From NCBI GenBank assembly GCA_000431335.1, contig FR888061.1:34451-98450 (forward strand): DNA of 64,000 bases, in the 5' to 3' direction. The notes beneath the pieces were generated by a model that was not told the origin of the DNA, ran no database searches, and saw only the letters and a list, made by a program, of their open reading frames with translations. A program made the position numbers and the translations under genes. Shown here in pieces: positions 50,998 through 61,032 of the stretch (position 1 is its first letter; each line of letters starts with the position of its first letter). Origin of the DNA: Clostridium sp. CAG:343 (GTDB lineage Bacteria; Bacillota; Clostridia; TANB77; CAG-508).

Positions 50998-51247
50998 GAA
51001 TTACACCTCTTAATTTCTCATATATTTCATTTGATATTTCTTTATCAAATATTTTTTCTAATCTCTTTGATCTTATTATCTTTTCTAAGCATTGGACGTT
51101 GTCACATATGTAAGCTCCTCTTCCATCCAATTTTCCAGTTCTATCAATATTAATTTCATCATTTTTATTTTTAACAATTCTTATCAAATCATTTTTTGCT
51201 TTTTTTTCATTACATCCCATACATGTTCTAGTTGGTTGATTTTTCAT
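50987..51247 (-). CDS. ylxR: YlxR/RnpM-family RNA-binding protein (DUF448)
   Basis: It contains RTCMGCNEKKAKNDLIR and GRGAYIC. Confidence 0.85.
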   Translation of the reverse strand: MKNQPTRTCMGCNEKKAKNDLIRIVKNKNDEINIDRTGKLDGRGAYICDNVQCLEKIIRSKRLEKIFDKEISNEIYEKLRGVILDK

Positions 51248-51286
51248 ATATTTGTCCCTCCTTTATTGTATGTCTGCTTTTTATTT

Positions 51287-52405
51287 TTATTCGGTTTCTG
51301 TTTCTTCCTCTGTTTCTTTTTTATCACTTTCTTGTGATTTTATTATCATTTCTCTAAATTGTGTTTCTGACTTAATATCAATTTTCCAATTTGTTAATCT
51401 TGCTGCTAGTCTTGCATTCTGTCCTGATTTTCCAATTGCTAAAGATAATTGATCATCTGGTACGACAACTTGCGCAAATTTTTCTTCTTCCTTAATGTCA
51501 ACAGCCAATATTTTTGCTGGTAGTAAAGCTGAAGCTATATAAATAGATGGATCTTCATTCCATTCTATAACATCTATCTTTTCTCCATTTAATTCATTAA
51601 TTACGTTTTGAATTCTTACTCCTTTTTGTCCTACGCAAGATCCTACAGGGTCAATGTTTTGATCTGGTGAATAAACAGCAACCTTACTTCTATATCCTGG
51701 ATCTCTTGAAACACTTTTTATTTCTATTACTCCTTCATATATCTCTGGTATTTCAAATTCTAATAATTTTCTTACAAAATCCGGATGACTTCTAGATACT
51801 ATTACTTGTGGAGCACCTTTTGCTCCTTTTTCTACATCTAAAACATATCCTTTTATTTTGTCGTTTACTTTATAATGTTCTGTAGGAATTTGTTCTTTTA
51901 AAGGCATTACTCCTTCTAACTTTCCTAAGTCCATTACGACAATATTGTGGTCAGCTTTTTGAATAAGTCCTGAAACTATTTCTCCTTTTCTTTCATTGAA
52001 TTCATTATATACTATTTCTCTTTCAACTTCTCTTAATTTTTGAATAATAACTTGTTTTGCTGTTTGTGCTGCTATTCTTCCAAAATCTCTTGGAACGATT
52101 TCTGTTTCAACTGTATCCCCTTCTTTTAAGTCTGGGTTTATCTTTTGAGCTTCTTTTAAGCTAATTTCTGTATCTTCATCGTTTGCTTTTTCCATAACTT
52201 CTTTAATAGCATATACATGTGTTGCTCCTGTTTGATGATCCATTTCTACTCTTACATTTTCTAATGAATCAAAGTTTCTCTTATATGCTGTTACTAATGC
52301 TGTTTCAATTGCTTCTAATAAGTACTCTTTCTTTATTCCCTTCTCTTTTTCTAATTCTTCTAAAGCTAAAATTAATTCTTTGTTATCAATTGCTTGATCT
52401 TTCAT
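51287..52405 (-). CDS. nusA: transcription termination/antitermination factor NusA
   Basis: S1 and two KH domains are present (GSCVGQKGVRIQ, AIGKSGQNARLA). The start was moved to M8, which has GGGAGG upstream. Confidence 0.9.
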   Translation of the reverse strand: MKDQAIDNKELILALEELEKEKGIKKEYLLEAIETALVTAYKRNFDSLENVRVEMDHQTGATHVYAIKEVMEKANDEDTEISLKEAQKINPDLKEGDTVETEIVPRDFGRIAAQTAKQVIIQKLREVEREIVYNEFNERKGEIVSGLIQKADHNIVVMDLGKLEGVMPLKEQIPTEHYKVNDKIKGYVLDVEKGAKGAPQVIVSRSHPDFVRKLLEFEIPEIYEGVIEIKSVSRDPGYRSKVAVYSPDQNIDPVGSCVGQKGVRIQNVINELNGEKIDVIEWNEDPSIYIASALLPAKILAVDIKEEEKFAQVVVPDDQLSLAIGKSGQNARLAARLTNWKIDIKSETQFREMIIKSQESDKKETEEETETE

Positions 52406-52419
52406 TTTTATTCCTCCCT

Positions 52420-52890
52420 TTACCAATTATATACTGTTTTAATTTGTGCTATATTTTTTCTTTCAATTTTTATATTTTCTTCTAATTCTATATTGTCTTG
52501 GTCAAATGCTTTTAAAATTCCTTGATATTCTTTGTTTCCGTTTTTATCTTTTTTAAATAACTTAATATTAATTTCATGGCCAATATATTTTTTTAGATGT
52601 TTTTCTTTTCTTATGATTCTTTCTATACCTGGAGAAGAAACTTCTAAAAAATACTGCTCTTTTATATAATCAGCTTCGTCCAAAATTTCATCTATTTCAT
52701 TATTCACTTTTTCACAGTCATTTAAGTCAATTCCTCCAGTTTTATCTATAAATATTCTTAAAAAGTAATTCTTACCTTCTTTGCTATATTCTACATCATA
52801 TAGTTCATATCCAATTGCTTCAATTTTTTCTTTTAATAAGCTTTCCACTCTCTCTTCTATACTTGCCAAAATATCCCTCCTTTTTAACAT
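52420..52890 (-). CDS. rimP: ribosome maturation factor RimP
   Basis: A 156 aa ORF upstream of nusA, containing LEVSSPGIER. Confidence 0.9.
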   Translation of the reverse strand: MLKRRDILASIEERVESLLKEKIEAIGYELYDVEYSKEGKNYFLRIFIDKTGGIDLNDCEKVNNEIDEILDEADYIKEQYFLEVSSPGIERIIRKEKHLKKYIGHEINIKLFKKDKNGNKEYQGILKAFDQDNIELEENIKIERKNIAQIKTVYNW

Positions 52891-52925
52891 ATCTAATCAT
52901 AAGTATTTATTTTTTTCTAATAATT

Positions 52926-52950
52926 AAGAGTGGGATTTGTTCCCACTCTT
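52926..52950 (-). terminator. 10 bp hairpin between the glycosyltransferase operon and rimP (terminator-like, no clear U-run)
   Basis: The sequence is AAGAGTGGGA-TTTGT-TCCCACTCTT. Confidence 0.3.
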
Positions 52951-53022
52951 CTTAAGTCTTTCATAGTTTCCATTGTTATTATACCCAATTTTTGGTATAA
53001 ATGCAAGCTTTTTTATAGTTTT

Positions 53023-54498
53023 TTATTTTATTTTTTCCAAAACTACAATTTGGTAAGTATACTCTTTATATTTCGGTTCAAATTTTTTGATTTCAACTTG
53101 TTTATATTCTTCTTTATTTTCTAATCTGTTATAACAACTTAAACTACCATCATCAATTATAAATATTCTACCTTTTGCTTCTTTCATAGCTTCTTCAAAA
53201 CTATATGCCACTTTCATTTGTGGAGCATACGCTTTATATGCTTCCTCAATAGTCCAATTATCCACATTTAAAAAGTACTGCTGATTTGAATCAATTAATG
53301 CTGCTACTACTCCTCCATTATTTATACTAGTATATACTATTATATCTTCTGGTTGTAAATTCTCTTCTAAATAAGCAAATGGTTCATTATTAGAAATATC
53401 ATAATTTTCTTCAATATTTTCCTTTAAATTCATTACTGACATTATTAAAATTGCACCACATATCATTCCTATAATAAATGTTTTATTTTCCTTTGCTAAA
53501 AAATAACAAATTGAAAAAATTAGAAGTCCTGATATAGGAAATAAATATCTAGCATATAAAATAGGAGATTTTAATGAAGCTATTGCTGCTATTGCAATTA
53601 CCAATATATATATTATTATTGGTATTATTCCTTCTTTTATATTCTCTTTCTTTTTTATATTTTTTATAATAATATATAAAATATAAATCAATAGTATACT
53701 AGCAAAAATTGTAGGTATTATTTGTTCTAAACTTCCCTTAAATTGAAAATTTATAATATCAATTAATATTTGAGGAAATTCAATTCTAATCCAAAATCCT
53801 CCCCCTACTCTTGTTAGTTGTTTTATAAAGTAAAACATCCATGGAATATATAGTATCACTTGTAACGCTTCTACTAAAATAAACTGTTTTATTATTTTAT
53901 TTTCTATGCTTTTTCTATTTTTAATTATATAAATAATTAATCCTAAATTAATTATTCCTGCACAAACAAGAGCATAATAATGCATATAACAACTTACTAT
54001 ACTAAATACTCCAAATAGAATTAAATTTTTAGTATTTTTGTCCTTTATAAATCTATTTAAATAAATTACCATTAATGTAACAAAGAAAATTGACCATGAA
54101 TACATTCTAATTTCTAACGCATAATTTAACATAACTGGTAAGAAGAAACTAAAAAATGTAAATAATAGCCCTGTTTTTGTTCCAAAATCTTTTTTTATAT
54201 GAGTAAAACCTAATATTCCTAATCCAACAATTCCTAAAACAGAAAAAATTCTATATATAATTATATTGCTTCCAAATAAAATATTTATTATTTTAAGCAT
54301 CCAATAATAAAGAATAGGGTGTACATCATTTCCGCCTATTGTCCATATTTCACTAAAAGAATGATTTGATATTGCTACACTGTATGATTCATCAAACCAT
54401 ATATTACTATGAAAAGCTGGTATTAGAATTAATATTGTTCCTAATAAAATTATTGCTATATGTAATAAATTTTCTTTTTTTAATAATTCTTTTATCAT
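53023..54498 (-). CDS. GT-C fold membrane glycosyltransferase (ArnT/PMT, family 39/83-like)
   Basis: About 490 aa with more than 10 predicted TM helices followed by a soluble C-terminal domain. The start was moved to M17, which has AAGGAG upstream. Confidence 0.6.
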   Translation of the reverse strand: MIKELLKKENLLHIAIILLGTILILIPAFHSNIWFDESYSVAISNHSFSEIWTIGGNDVHPILYYWMLKIINILFGSNIIIYRIFSVLGIVGLGILGFTHIKKDFGTKTGLLFTFFSFFLPVMLNYALEIRMYSWSIFFVTLMVIYLNRFIKDKNTKNLILFGVFSIVSCYMHYYALVCAGIINLGLIIYIIKNRKSIENKIIKQFILVEALQVILYIPWMFYFIKQLTRVGGGFWIRIEFPQILIDIINFQFKGSLEQIIPTIFASILLIYILYIIIKNIKKKENIKEGIIPIIIYILVIAIAAIASLKSPILYARYLFPISGLLIFSICYFLAKENKTFIIGMICGAILIMSVMNLKENIEENYDISNNEPFAYLEENLQPEDIIVYTSINNGGVVAALIDSNQQYFLNVDNWTIEEAYKAYAPQMKVAYSFEEAMKEAKGRIFIIDDGSLSCYNRLENKEEYKQVEIKKFEPKYKEYTYQIVVLEKIK

Positions 54499-54566
54499 TT
54501 TCTTCTCCTTTTTGTAAATATTAAAGAAAGTTGGCTTAAAAGTCAACTTTCTTTGTGTTTATATTT

Positions 54567-55826
54567 TTAATTTCTTTCCTCTTGTAATCCTTCTTGTAAA
54601 CCATCATCTGCTATTTTTATATTTCTAACATGATTAATCTTTTCCCATGTTGTCTCTCTTTTGAATAAACATTTAAAGTTGATTAGCAACCATGATCCCA
54701 TAAATAATGGATAACATGCTAAACCTTTTAGCATTGGTTTAATAGGTCTTTTATCTAAATACATTGCAATAACTCCTGTTGCAATTGGTAATAAAAATGT
54801 TGGAACTAAATATCTAAGCATATTCATCATTAATTCTGCTTGTGTCATTCCATCACCTGCATACATTAAAAAGTTAGTTGCTAGTAACAACAATGTAAGA
54901 ATAAACATTGGTATACTTCCTACTATATATAGTAATCCATCAAAATTCATCATTGTTTTGTTTTCTTTTGCCGCTATAGCTAATTTCTTTGTATATTCAT
55001 GAATACATTGAATATGGCCTACTGTCCATCTACTTCTTTGTGACCAACTTTGAACAAATCCTACTGGTTGTTCATCATAACATATTGCATCTGTTGCCCA
55101 TCCTAATTTTTTGCCTTTTATTATTCTTTTTAATGAAAATTCTATATCTTCTGTTAATGTTTTTGTATCCCATCCTTGAGGTTTTACTACATCAAATCTT
55201 ACCATAAATCCTGTTCCGTTTAGTAATGGTGATAATCCTAAATTATATCTTGCTAAATGATAAAATCTGTGCATTGTCCAATAGAAAATAGCATATCCTG
55301 CTGTAATCCAGCTATCTGTTGGATTTTTTATATCTCTATATCCTTGAACAACATCTTCACCTTGACACAATTTTTTGTTCATATTTTTAATAAAATCTGG
55401 GTGCACTATATTGTCTGCGTCAAATACAAAAAATGCATCATATGGAGCATTTTCTTCTATTTTTTGTTGTAAAAACCAATTTAAGGCATACCCTTTTGTC
55501 TTTTTTGTTTCGTCAAATCTTTTATATACAATTGCCCCTGCTTCTTTTGCTACTTTTGCAGTGTTATCTGTGCAGTTATCTGCAATTACATAAATGTCAT
55601 ATAAATCTTTATTATAATTTTGCTTTTTTAAACTTTCAATTAAATTTCCAACAACAGCTTCTTCGTTGTGTGCTGGTATGATTGCCATAAATCTATGGTC
55701 TTTCTTTACTTTTAAAGGTTTATCTTTTATTTTTACTAAAGAACATAAACTTACTAATAATTGATATAACCAAAATATTGTTATAATCCAGACCAAAGCT
55801 TCTCTTAGTATATATAAATAATCCAT
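54567..55826 (-). CDS. membrane-embedded processive family 2 glycosyltransferase (synthase type, QxxRW)
   Basis: It contains IIPAHNEE, DNCTDNT, FDADN and QRSRW, plus N- and C-terminal TM helices. Confidence 0.8.
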   Translation of the reverse strand: MDYLYILREALVWIITIFWLYQLLVSLCSLVKIKDKPLKVKKDHRFMAIIPAHNEEAVVGNLIESLKKQNYNKDLYDIYVIADNCTDNTAKVAKEAGAIVYKRFDETKKTKGYALNWFLQQKIEENAPYDAFFVFDADNIVHPDFIKNMNKKLCQGEDVVQGYRDIKNPTDSWITAGYAIFYWTMHRFYHLARYNLGLSPLLNGTGFMVRFDVVKPQGWDTKTLTEDIEFSLKRIIKGKKLGWATDAICYDEQPVGFVQSWSQRSRWTVGHIQCIHEYTKKLAIAAKENKTMMNFDGLLYIVGSIPMFILTLLLLATNFLMYAGDGMTQAELMMNMLRYLVPTFLLPIATGVIAMYLDKRPIKPMLKGLACYPLFMGSWLLINFKCLFKRETTWEKINHVRNIKIADDGLQEGLQEERN

Positions 55827-56019
55827 TTTTTTCCCTCTCTTTTTTAAGATCTTTTTATAATATTATTATGCCACTTTTTATATTATACTATTGTTGACAA
55901 ATTAATGCAATATTTTCATTCAAATTTATTTATTTTTTCGTTACGTTTAAAATAAAAAATAACTTTTTTCATTTTTATTGCATATGTTTATATAGATAAA
56001 ATAAACGGAGGTATTTTAT

Positions 56020-57012
56020 ATGCGTGGAAAATATAAAGTTGCAATTGTTGGCAGTAGTGGTTTAGTTGGTAGAACTGTATTAAAAGTTTTAGAAGAAAAA
56101 AATTTTTCTAATGTAACTTATACATTATTTTCTTCTAAGAAATCTGCTGGTACAAAAATTAATTTTTTAGGTGAAGATTATATTCTTTGTGAATTAACTG
56201 AAAACTCTTTTAAACAATCTTTTGATTATGCTATATTTTGTGCTGGTGGTGAAGTTTCTAAAAAATATATTCCAATAGCTGTTAAAAGTGGATGTACTGT
56301 TATTGATAATAGTAGTATATTTAGAATGGATCCAGAAGTTCCTTTAGTTGTTCCAGAGATAAACCCTAAAGAAATTTTTAATAACACAGGAATTATTGCT
56401 AATCCAAATTGCTCTACTATTCAAGCTGTTATTCCTTTAAAATTTTTAGATAATAAATATCATATTAAGAGAATTGTCTACTCAACATATCAAGCTGTTT
56501 CTGGAAGTGGTCGTTTAGGCATAGAAGATTTAGAAAATAAATCTTATGGGGATTCTTTAAAAAAATTTCCATATTCTATTCACAATAACTGTATCCCTCA
56601 TATTGATATTTTTATGGACGATGGATATACAAAAGAAGAACATAAAATGATAAATGAAACAAGAAAAATTTTGCAAAAGCCTGATTTACCAATTACAGCA
56701 ACAGCAGTAAGGGTTCCTGTTGTTAATTGCCATAGTGAATCTATTAATGTTGAATTTGAAAAAGATTTTGATTTATATGATGTTAGAATGTTGTTACAAA
56801 ATTCTCCTGGGATTATTCTAGTAGATAATATAGAAAAAGAACAATACCCTATTGCTTCTAAAGCAAATGGTAATAATGAAGTTTTTGTTGGTAGAATTAG
56901 AAGAGATTTTAGTGTTCCTTATGGCTTAAATATGTGGGTAGTAGCTGATAATCTAAGAAAAGGTGCTGCTACTAATGCAGTTCAAATTTTAGAAATATTA
57001 TTAACAAACTAG
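56020..57012 (+). CDS. asd: aspartate-semialdehyde dehydrogenase
   Basis: It contains VAIVGSSGLVG and NPNCSTIQ (catalytic Cys), plus SGSG. Confidence 0.9.
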   Translation: MRGKYKVAIVGSSGLVGRTVLKVLEEKNFSNVTYTLFSSKKSAGTKINFLGEDYILCELTENSFKQSFDYAIFCAGGEVSKKYIPIAVKSGCTVIDNSSIFRMDPEVPLVVPEINPKEIFNNTGIIANPNCSTIQAVIPLKFLDNKYHIKRIVYSTYQAVSGSGRLGIEDLENKSYGDSLKKFPYSIHNNCIPHIDIFMDDGYTKEEHKMINETRKILQKPDLPITATAVRVPVVNCHSESINVEFEKDFDLYDVRMLLQNSPGIILVDNIEKEQYPIASKANGNNEVFVGRIRRDFSVPYGLNMWVVADNLRKGAATNAVQILEILLTN

Positions 57013-57103
57013 TTTTTAATATTTCTAAATAATAAATCTCAGTTTTGGTTCTTTGCATAAGATGACATGAGGCATTAAACCTATAAATTAAATTTACAAA
57101 ATG

Positions 57104-57133
57104 TTGCAATCTATGTTTTGTTTGTGCTATAAT
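57104..57133 (+). promoter_or_regulatory. sigma-A promoter with extended -10
   Basis: TTGCAA is followed by an 18 nt spacer and TGCTATAAT, upstream of the HD-domain gene. Confidence 0.5.
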
Positions 57134-57165
57134 TTAAAAGAAGTACATAATTAAAAGAGGTTTTT

Positions 57166-57702
57166 ATGGAACAATATAAGAAAGATATAATAAGTCAAAA
57201 TAAAGAATTTCAAGATATTATATATCCTTTAATAACAAATGATACAGTTCAACAAATGAAAAATTTCAAACAGCATTACGAAACAACCTGTTTTGAACAT
57301 TGCTATACAGCAGCATACCACTGTTATTGTATTTGTAAAAAGTTAAATTTAGATTATAAATCTGCAACAAGAGCAGCTATGTTGCATGATCTATTTTTAT
57401 ATGATTGGAGAAAAAGACAACCTGATAGAAAAGGATTACATGCTTTTACTCATGGAAAAACAGCTTGTGAAAACGCATCTAAATTGTTTGATTTAAATGA
57501 TAAAGAAAAAGATATAATTGAAAAACATATGTGGCCTGTTACAGTAGCATTTCCAAAATCTATAGAAGGCTTTATTCTAACATTTGTTGATAAATATTGT
57601 GCTTTGTCAGAATCTTTTGAAATTCTAAAATCTAGATTATTTATGAAAAAAGCATTTAGATATGCTTATCTAGCATTTAGTTTAGTTATTATAAAAATAT
57701 AA
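57166..57702 (+). CDS. HD-domain phosphohydrolase
   Basis: It contains H...HD (AAMLHDLF) and further His residues. Confidence 0.7.
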   Translation: MEQYKKDIISQNKEFQDIIYPLITNDTVQQMKNFKQHYETTCFEHCYTAAYHCYCICKKLNLDYKSATRAAMLHDLFLYDWRKRQPDRKGLHAFTHGKTACENASKLFDLNDKEKDIIEKHMWPVTVAFPKSIEGFILTFVDKYCALSESFEILKSRLFMKKAFRYAYLAFSLVIIKI

Positions 57703-57703
57703 T

Positions 57704-57730
57704 AAGAGTGAATCTTTAAGATTCACTCTT
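57704..57730. terminator. bidirectional terminator hairpin between convergent genes
   Basis: A 12 bp stem AAGAGTGAATCT/AGATTCACTCTT has a 3 nt loop. T-rich tracts occur on both strands (stronger on minus). Confidence 0.55.
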
Positions 57731-58066
57731 ATTTGATGTTGAGGCCCACCTTAACATTTTTATATCTTTATATTTTTTTAATACTTCTTTATACTTATCA
57801 TATTCTTCTTCCCATAATGTATCTGGTACATTATCAAATGCATTAAATATTTTTTCAGCTTCAGCTAAATAAATGATTTGTTCTTGCGGAGACATATTTT
57901 CATATTGCCTTGCAAATTTATATAATTTATCTAACATTTGATTTGCTTCTATAAATGACCAAAAATCTTTTATTTTCATTCCAAACATTTTTATTTGTAG
58001 TATTGCATATGCTATTAAGGCAAATATAATAAATACTAATATATATATAATTGTGAGTATTGCCAT
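57716..58066 (-). CDS. small membrane-anchored protein, unknown function
   Basis: A 116 aa ORF with one N-terminal TM helix. Confidence 0.5.
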   Translation of the reverse strand: MAILTIIYILVFIIFALIAYAILQIKMFGMKIKDFWSFIEANQMLDKLYKFARQYENMSPQEQIIYLAEAEKIFNAFDNVPDTLWEEEYDKYKEVLKKYKDIKMLRWASTSNKSES

Positions 58067-58283
58067 CTTTTCACCTCTTTAACGTTTTTCACTTTTGTAT
58101 TTTTTTCATTATAGCACTTATTGTTTTTTTTTGCAAATTTATAATTTTAGCATTTTTCAACCTACAATTTTATAATTCATGCTAAATTACATGGATTTCA
58201 GGAAATTAAATTTCGAAAATCTCTTTTTTACTTATATTATATATGTTATAATCATAAAATATTTAAATAAGGAGTCGATATAA

Positions 58284-59144
58284 ATGGAAGAAAAATTTGC
58301 AGATACAAAAAAGGCTGGTATCTTAGGAATAATTGGTAATATCTTTTTATTAATAATAAAAGCTACAGTTGGTTTTATAAGCAAAAGTCAAGCTATGATT
58401 GCAGATAGCGTAAATAGTGCAGGAGATATTTTTGCCTCTCTTATGACTTTTATCGGTAATAGAATTGCAAGTACACCAAATGACGAGGATCACAATTTAG
58501 GTCATGGAAAAGCTGAATATATTTTTTCTATGTTTATTAGTATTGCTATGATTCTTGTTTCAGCTAAGTTGTTTTTTGATTCTATTATCACTTTAATTAT
58601 AGGCAGTAAACTTCAATTTTCTTGGTTTTTGGTTGCTGTATGTATTGCAACAATTGTTACTAAATTGTTTTTATTTTTTTACACTCTAAAAGCCTATAAA
58701 AAATATAATAGTATTCTACTTGAAGCCAACATGAAAGATCATAGAAATGACTGTATTATAACTACTTTTACTCTAATTTCTGTAATTCTTACTTTAGAAG
58801 GAATATATTGGCTTGATAGTATCGTTGGAATTGGAATTTCTGTCTGGATTTGCTATACTGGTGTTACTATCTTTATAGAAAGTTATAATGTTTTAATGGA
58901 TATTAGTGTAGATGATAAAACAAAAGATCTTATTTTAGACATAACACATAGCTACAAAGAAATACAAAAAATTTCTGAAATTGTATCCACTCCAGTTGGT
59001 AGTCAATATTTAGTTTTTATTACTATTAGCGTTGATGGTAATATGTCTACTTTTGAAAGTCACAAATTAGCTGATAGCTTAGAACTTACAGTTGATAATC
59101 TAGATAAAGTATATAAAACTGTGGTTCATGTTGAACCTGTATAA
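58284..59144 (+). CDS. cation diffusion facilitator (CDF) family metal efflux transporter
   Basis: It has six TM segments, contains ADSVNSAGD and HRNDCI, and has a C-terminal cytoplasmic domain. Confidence 0.85.
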   Translation: MEEKFADTKKAGILGIIGNIFLLIIKATVGFISKSQAMIADSVNSAGDIFASLMTFIGNRIASTPNDEDHNLGHGKAEYIFSMFISIAMILVSAKLFFDSIITLIIGSKLQFSWFLVAVCIATIVTKLFLFFYTLKAYKKYNSILLEANMKDHRNDCIITTFTLISVILTLEGIYWLDSIVGIGISVWICYTGVTIFIESYNVLMDISVDDKTKDLILDITHSYKEIQKISEIVSTPVGSQYLVFITISVDGNMSTFESHKLADSLELTVDNLDKVYKTVVHVEPV

Positions 59145-59152
59145 TTCTGCAT

Positions 59153-59490
59153 TTACTCCATATTTGATAAATCTTCATTATTATATGTTTCTTTAACTTT
59201 ATTTTCTGATTTTGCCATATCTAATAAATCTGCATTTCGTAGTTGTACATTTACTCTAGCTACTAGTTCATCAATGTGAAAAGGTTTTGTTACATAATCA
59301 TTTGCTCCATTATCAAATCCATTTAGTTTGTCCTCTAATAAGTTTTTTGCTGTCAACATTATAACTTTTGATTTTATTCCTTCTTTTCTAATTTTATTTA
59401 ATATCTCAAATCCGTATATTTTTCTTTTTTTAATCTACTTGCAATAACATCTGCTAAATTAAATTCATCTTCTATTATTAAAATTCTCAT
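59153..59490 (-). pseudogene. decayed OmpR-type response regulator (receiver-domain remnant)
   Basis: MRILIIEDEFNLADVIASRLKKEKY then jumps frame to (D)GFEILNKIRKEGIKSKVIMLTAK...DYVTKPF. About 35 codons, including the phospho-acceptor Asp, are missing, and there is no winged-helix output domain. Confidence 0.75.
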
Positions 59491-59569
59491 ATTTATCACC
59501 TTTTTATATTTTAACATTTGATTATTAAATTAATATTAAAATTTTTCTATAATCAATATTTATTTTATA

Positions 59570-59605
59570 ATAGCACAAAAAGTCACTATCTTCTAGTGAC
59601 TTTTT
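59570..59605 (-). terminator. rho-independent terminator
   Basis: An 11 bp stem AAAAGTCACTA/TAGTGACTTTT is followed on the minus strand by TTTTGTG. Confidence 0.55.
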
Positions 59606-59608
59606 CTT

Positions 59609-61021
59609 TTAATCTCTATCTGTGTTTTGGTGTAATGGATGTTCTTTTTCTGCCTCTTGTTCCATCTCTTCTAATACATTATTAATTAGATCTTCTGTAT
59701 CAATTGTTTCATTACCAGTTTCTAGATATCTTTTTACATATGCTTTTATATATGCTTTTACATCACTTCTATTATATGTGTTTGCTATAGTTTCGCTTTC
59801 TAATATTTTAGATGCACATTTATCTAAATATTCTTCGCTAAATTCTTGATGCTCATGTGTATTATTGTTTGGATTATCATCAATATCTTTTATAGAAAAA
59901 TCTTCACATCCTAATTCTTCATGAGCTTTTATTTTTTTAATTTCTTCTTTTACTCTAGTATTTCTGTTTCTATTCATAAGTTCTCTTGTTTCTCTTGTAG
60001 TTGGTCGTATATTAGAAGTTTCAATTGGTATGCTTATTGCTTCTTCATTGTCTTGCGCTGGTGTTCTAACCAATGATGGCTCTATAGTTCCCATATTTCC
60101 TATATCAACTGCAATTTGTGTTTCTGTTTTTCCTTTTATTTTAAAAATAGAATTTACTTTTTCTTCTTCTATTTTGCTTCCGTCTCTATTAACACTATGT
60201 ACATTTTTAGTAGGATTAGTTCCGTATGCTTGTTCTATTGTATCAATTTTTTCTGCTGAACCATCTTGTTTAATTCCTACAAATGAAAATTTAGTAGTAT
60301 TACCCGCTTCTTTAAATTTATCAGAATATACAATTGCAATTTTTCTATACCCTTTTCCTTGTACATTAAGTAAAGATGCCATTGTATCTTTATCAGTCAC
60401 TTTTTGCTCTGTTTTTATTTCTTGCTTTGTAGAAATACTTTCTACTTGTTTCTTACTTAAAGTCTTCTTTTCTTTATCAGGATTTTTATCTTTTTCTAAA
60501 TTTTCTTTTTCATTATCTTCCACTGTTTTTTCTGAATCTATTTCACTTATTTTCTTTATTTCCTCAACAGTAATTCCTAATTCTTTTGCAACTTGTTCTA
60601 ATCTTTCTTGCTCTATTTCGTTTAAATCTAAAATTCCTTGTTTATCTAAGCTTTGTAAGCTTTCTACTAAACCTTCTACATCTTTATATTTTTCATTTGG
60701 TGTTATAAAATTAAATTGATCAGAATTATTGTTTCCTCCTAATACTTCTCCATCTTCTGTACAATATCTTTCTATTTCAATTTTGTTTCCATCATCTTTC
60801 TGTTTTTGTTCTAATACTAAATAAATATCTTTCGGTTCATTATTTATCTCTATTTTTCCTAAGTATTTAATATTCAATACTTTATTTTCAGGCAATTCCT
60901 TTTGATAATCTGAATCTAAATTAACCTCTTCTAAATCTTGGTTTAAAATTTCTAAGTCTCTTTTATCTCTTAGACTTCTCATTTTTTCAATAATTTTTTC
61001 TTTATCCAAATCTCTATCCAT
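59609..61021 (-). CDS. uncharacterized acidic Glu/Lys/Asp-rich protein
   Basis: About 470 aa. The start is taken at ATG 61021, 6 nt after GGAGG, immediately downstream of the rimO stop. Confidence 0.65.
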   Translation of the reverse strand: MDRDLDKEKIIEKMRSLRDKRDLEILNQDLEEVNLDSDYQKELPENKVLNIKYLGKIEINNEPKDIYLVLEQKQKDDGNKIEIERYCTEDGEVLGGNNNSDQFNFITPNEKYKDVEGLVESLQSLDKQGILDLNEIEQERLEQVAKELGITVEEIKKISEIDSEKTVEDNEKENLEKDKNPDKEKKTLSKKQVESISTKQEIKTEQKVTDKDTMASLLNVQGKGYRKIAIVYSDKFKEAGNTTKFSFVGIKQDGSAEKIDTIEQAYGTNPTKNVHSVNRDGSKIEEEKVNSIFKIKGKTETQIAVDIGNMGTIEPSLVRTPAQDNEEAISIPIETSNIRPTTRETRELMNRNRNTRVKEEIKKIKAHEELGCEDFSIKDIDDNPNNNTHEHQEFSEEYLDKCASKILESETIANTYNRSDVKAYIKAYVKRYLETGNETIDTEDLINNVLEEMEQEAEKEHPLHQNTDRD

Positions 61022-61032
61022 ATTTTCCTCCA

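Noticed and set aside
55827-56019. A possible lysine or other riboswitch upstream of asd.
   Set aside because: The region is almost pure A/T with no conserved G/C-containing core that I could match to L-box or other leaders.
59405-59415. A CGG (AUA-CGG-AUU) near the frame break of the response-regulator remnant, considered as a possible fifth recoding site.
   Set aside because: That CGG is not in the frame that starts at the gene's ATG. About 35 codons of the receiver domain, including the acceptor Asp, are physically missing, and the output domain is absent. A deletion explains the break, not recoding.
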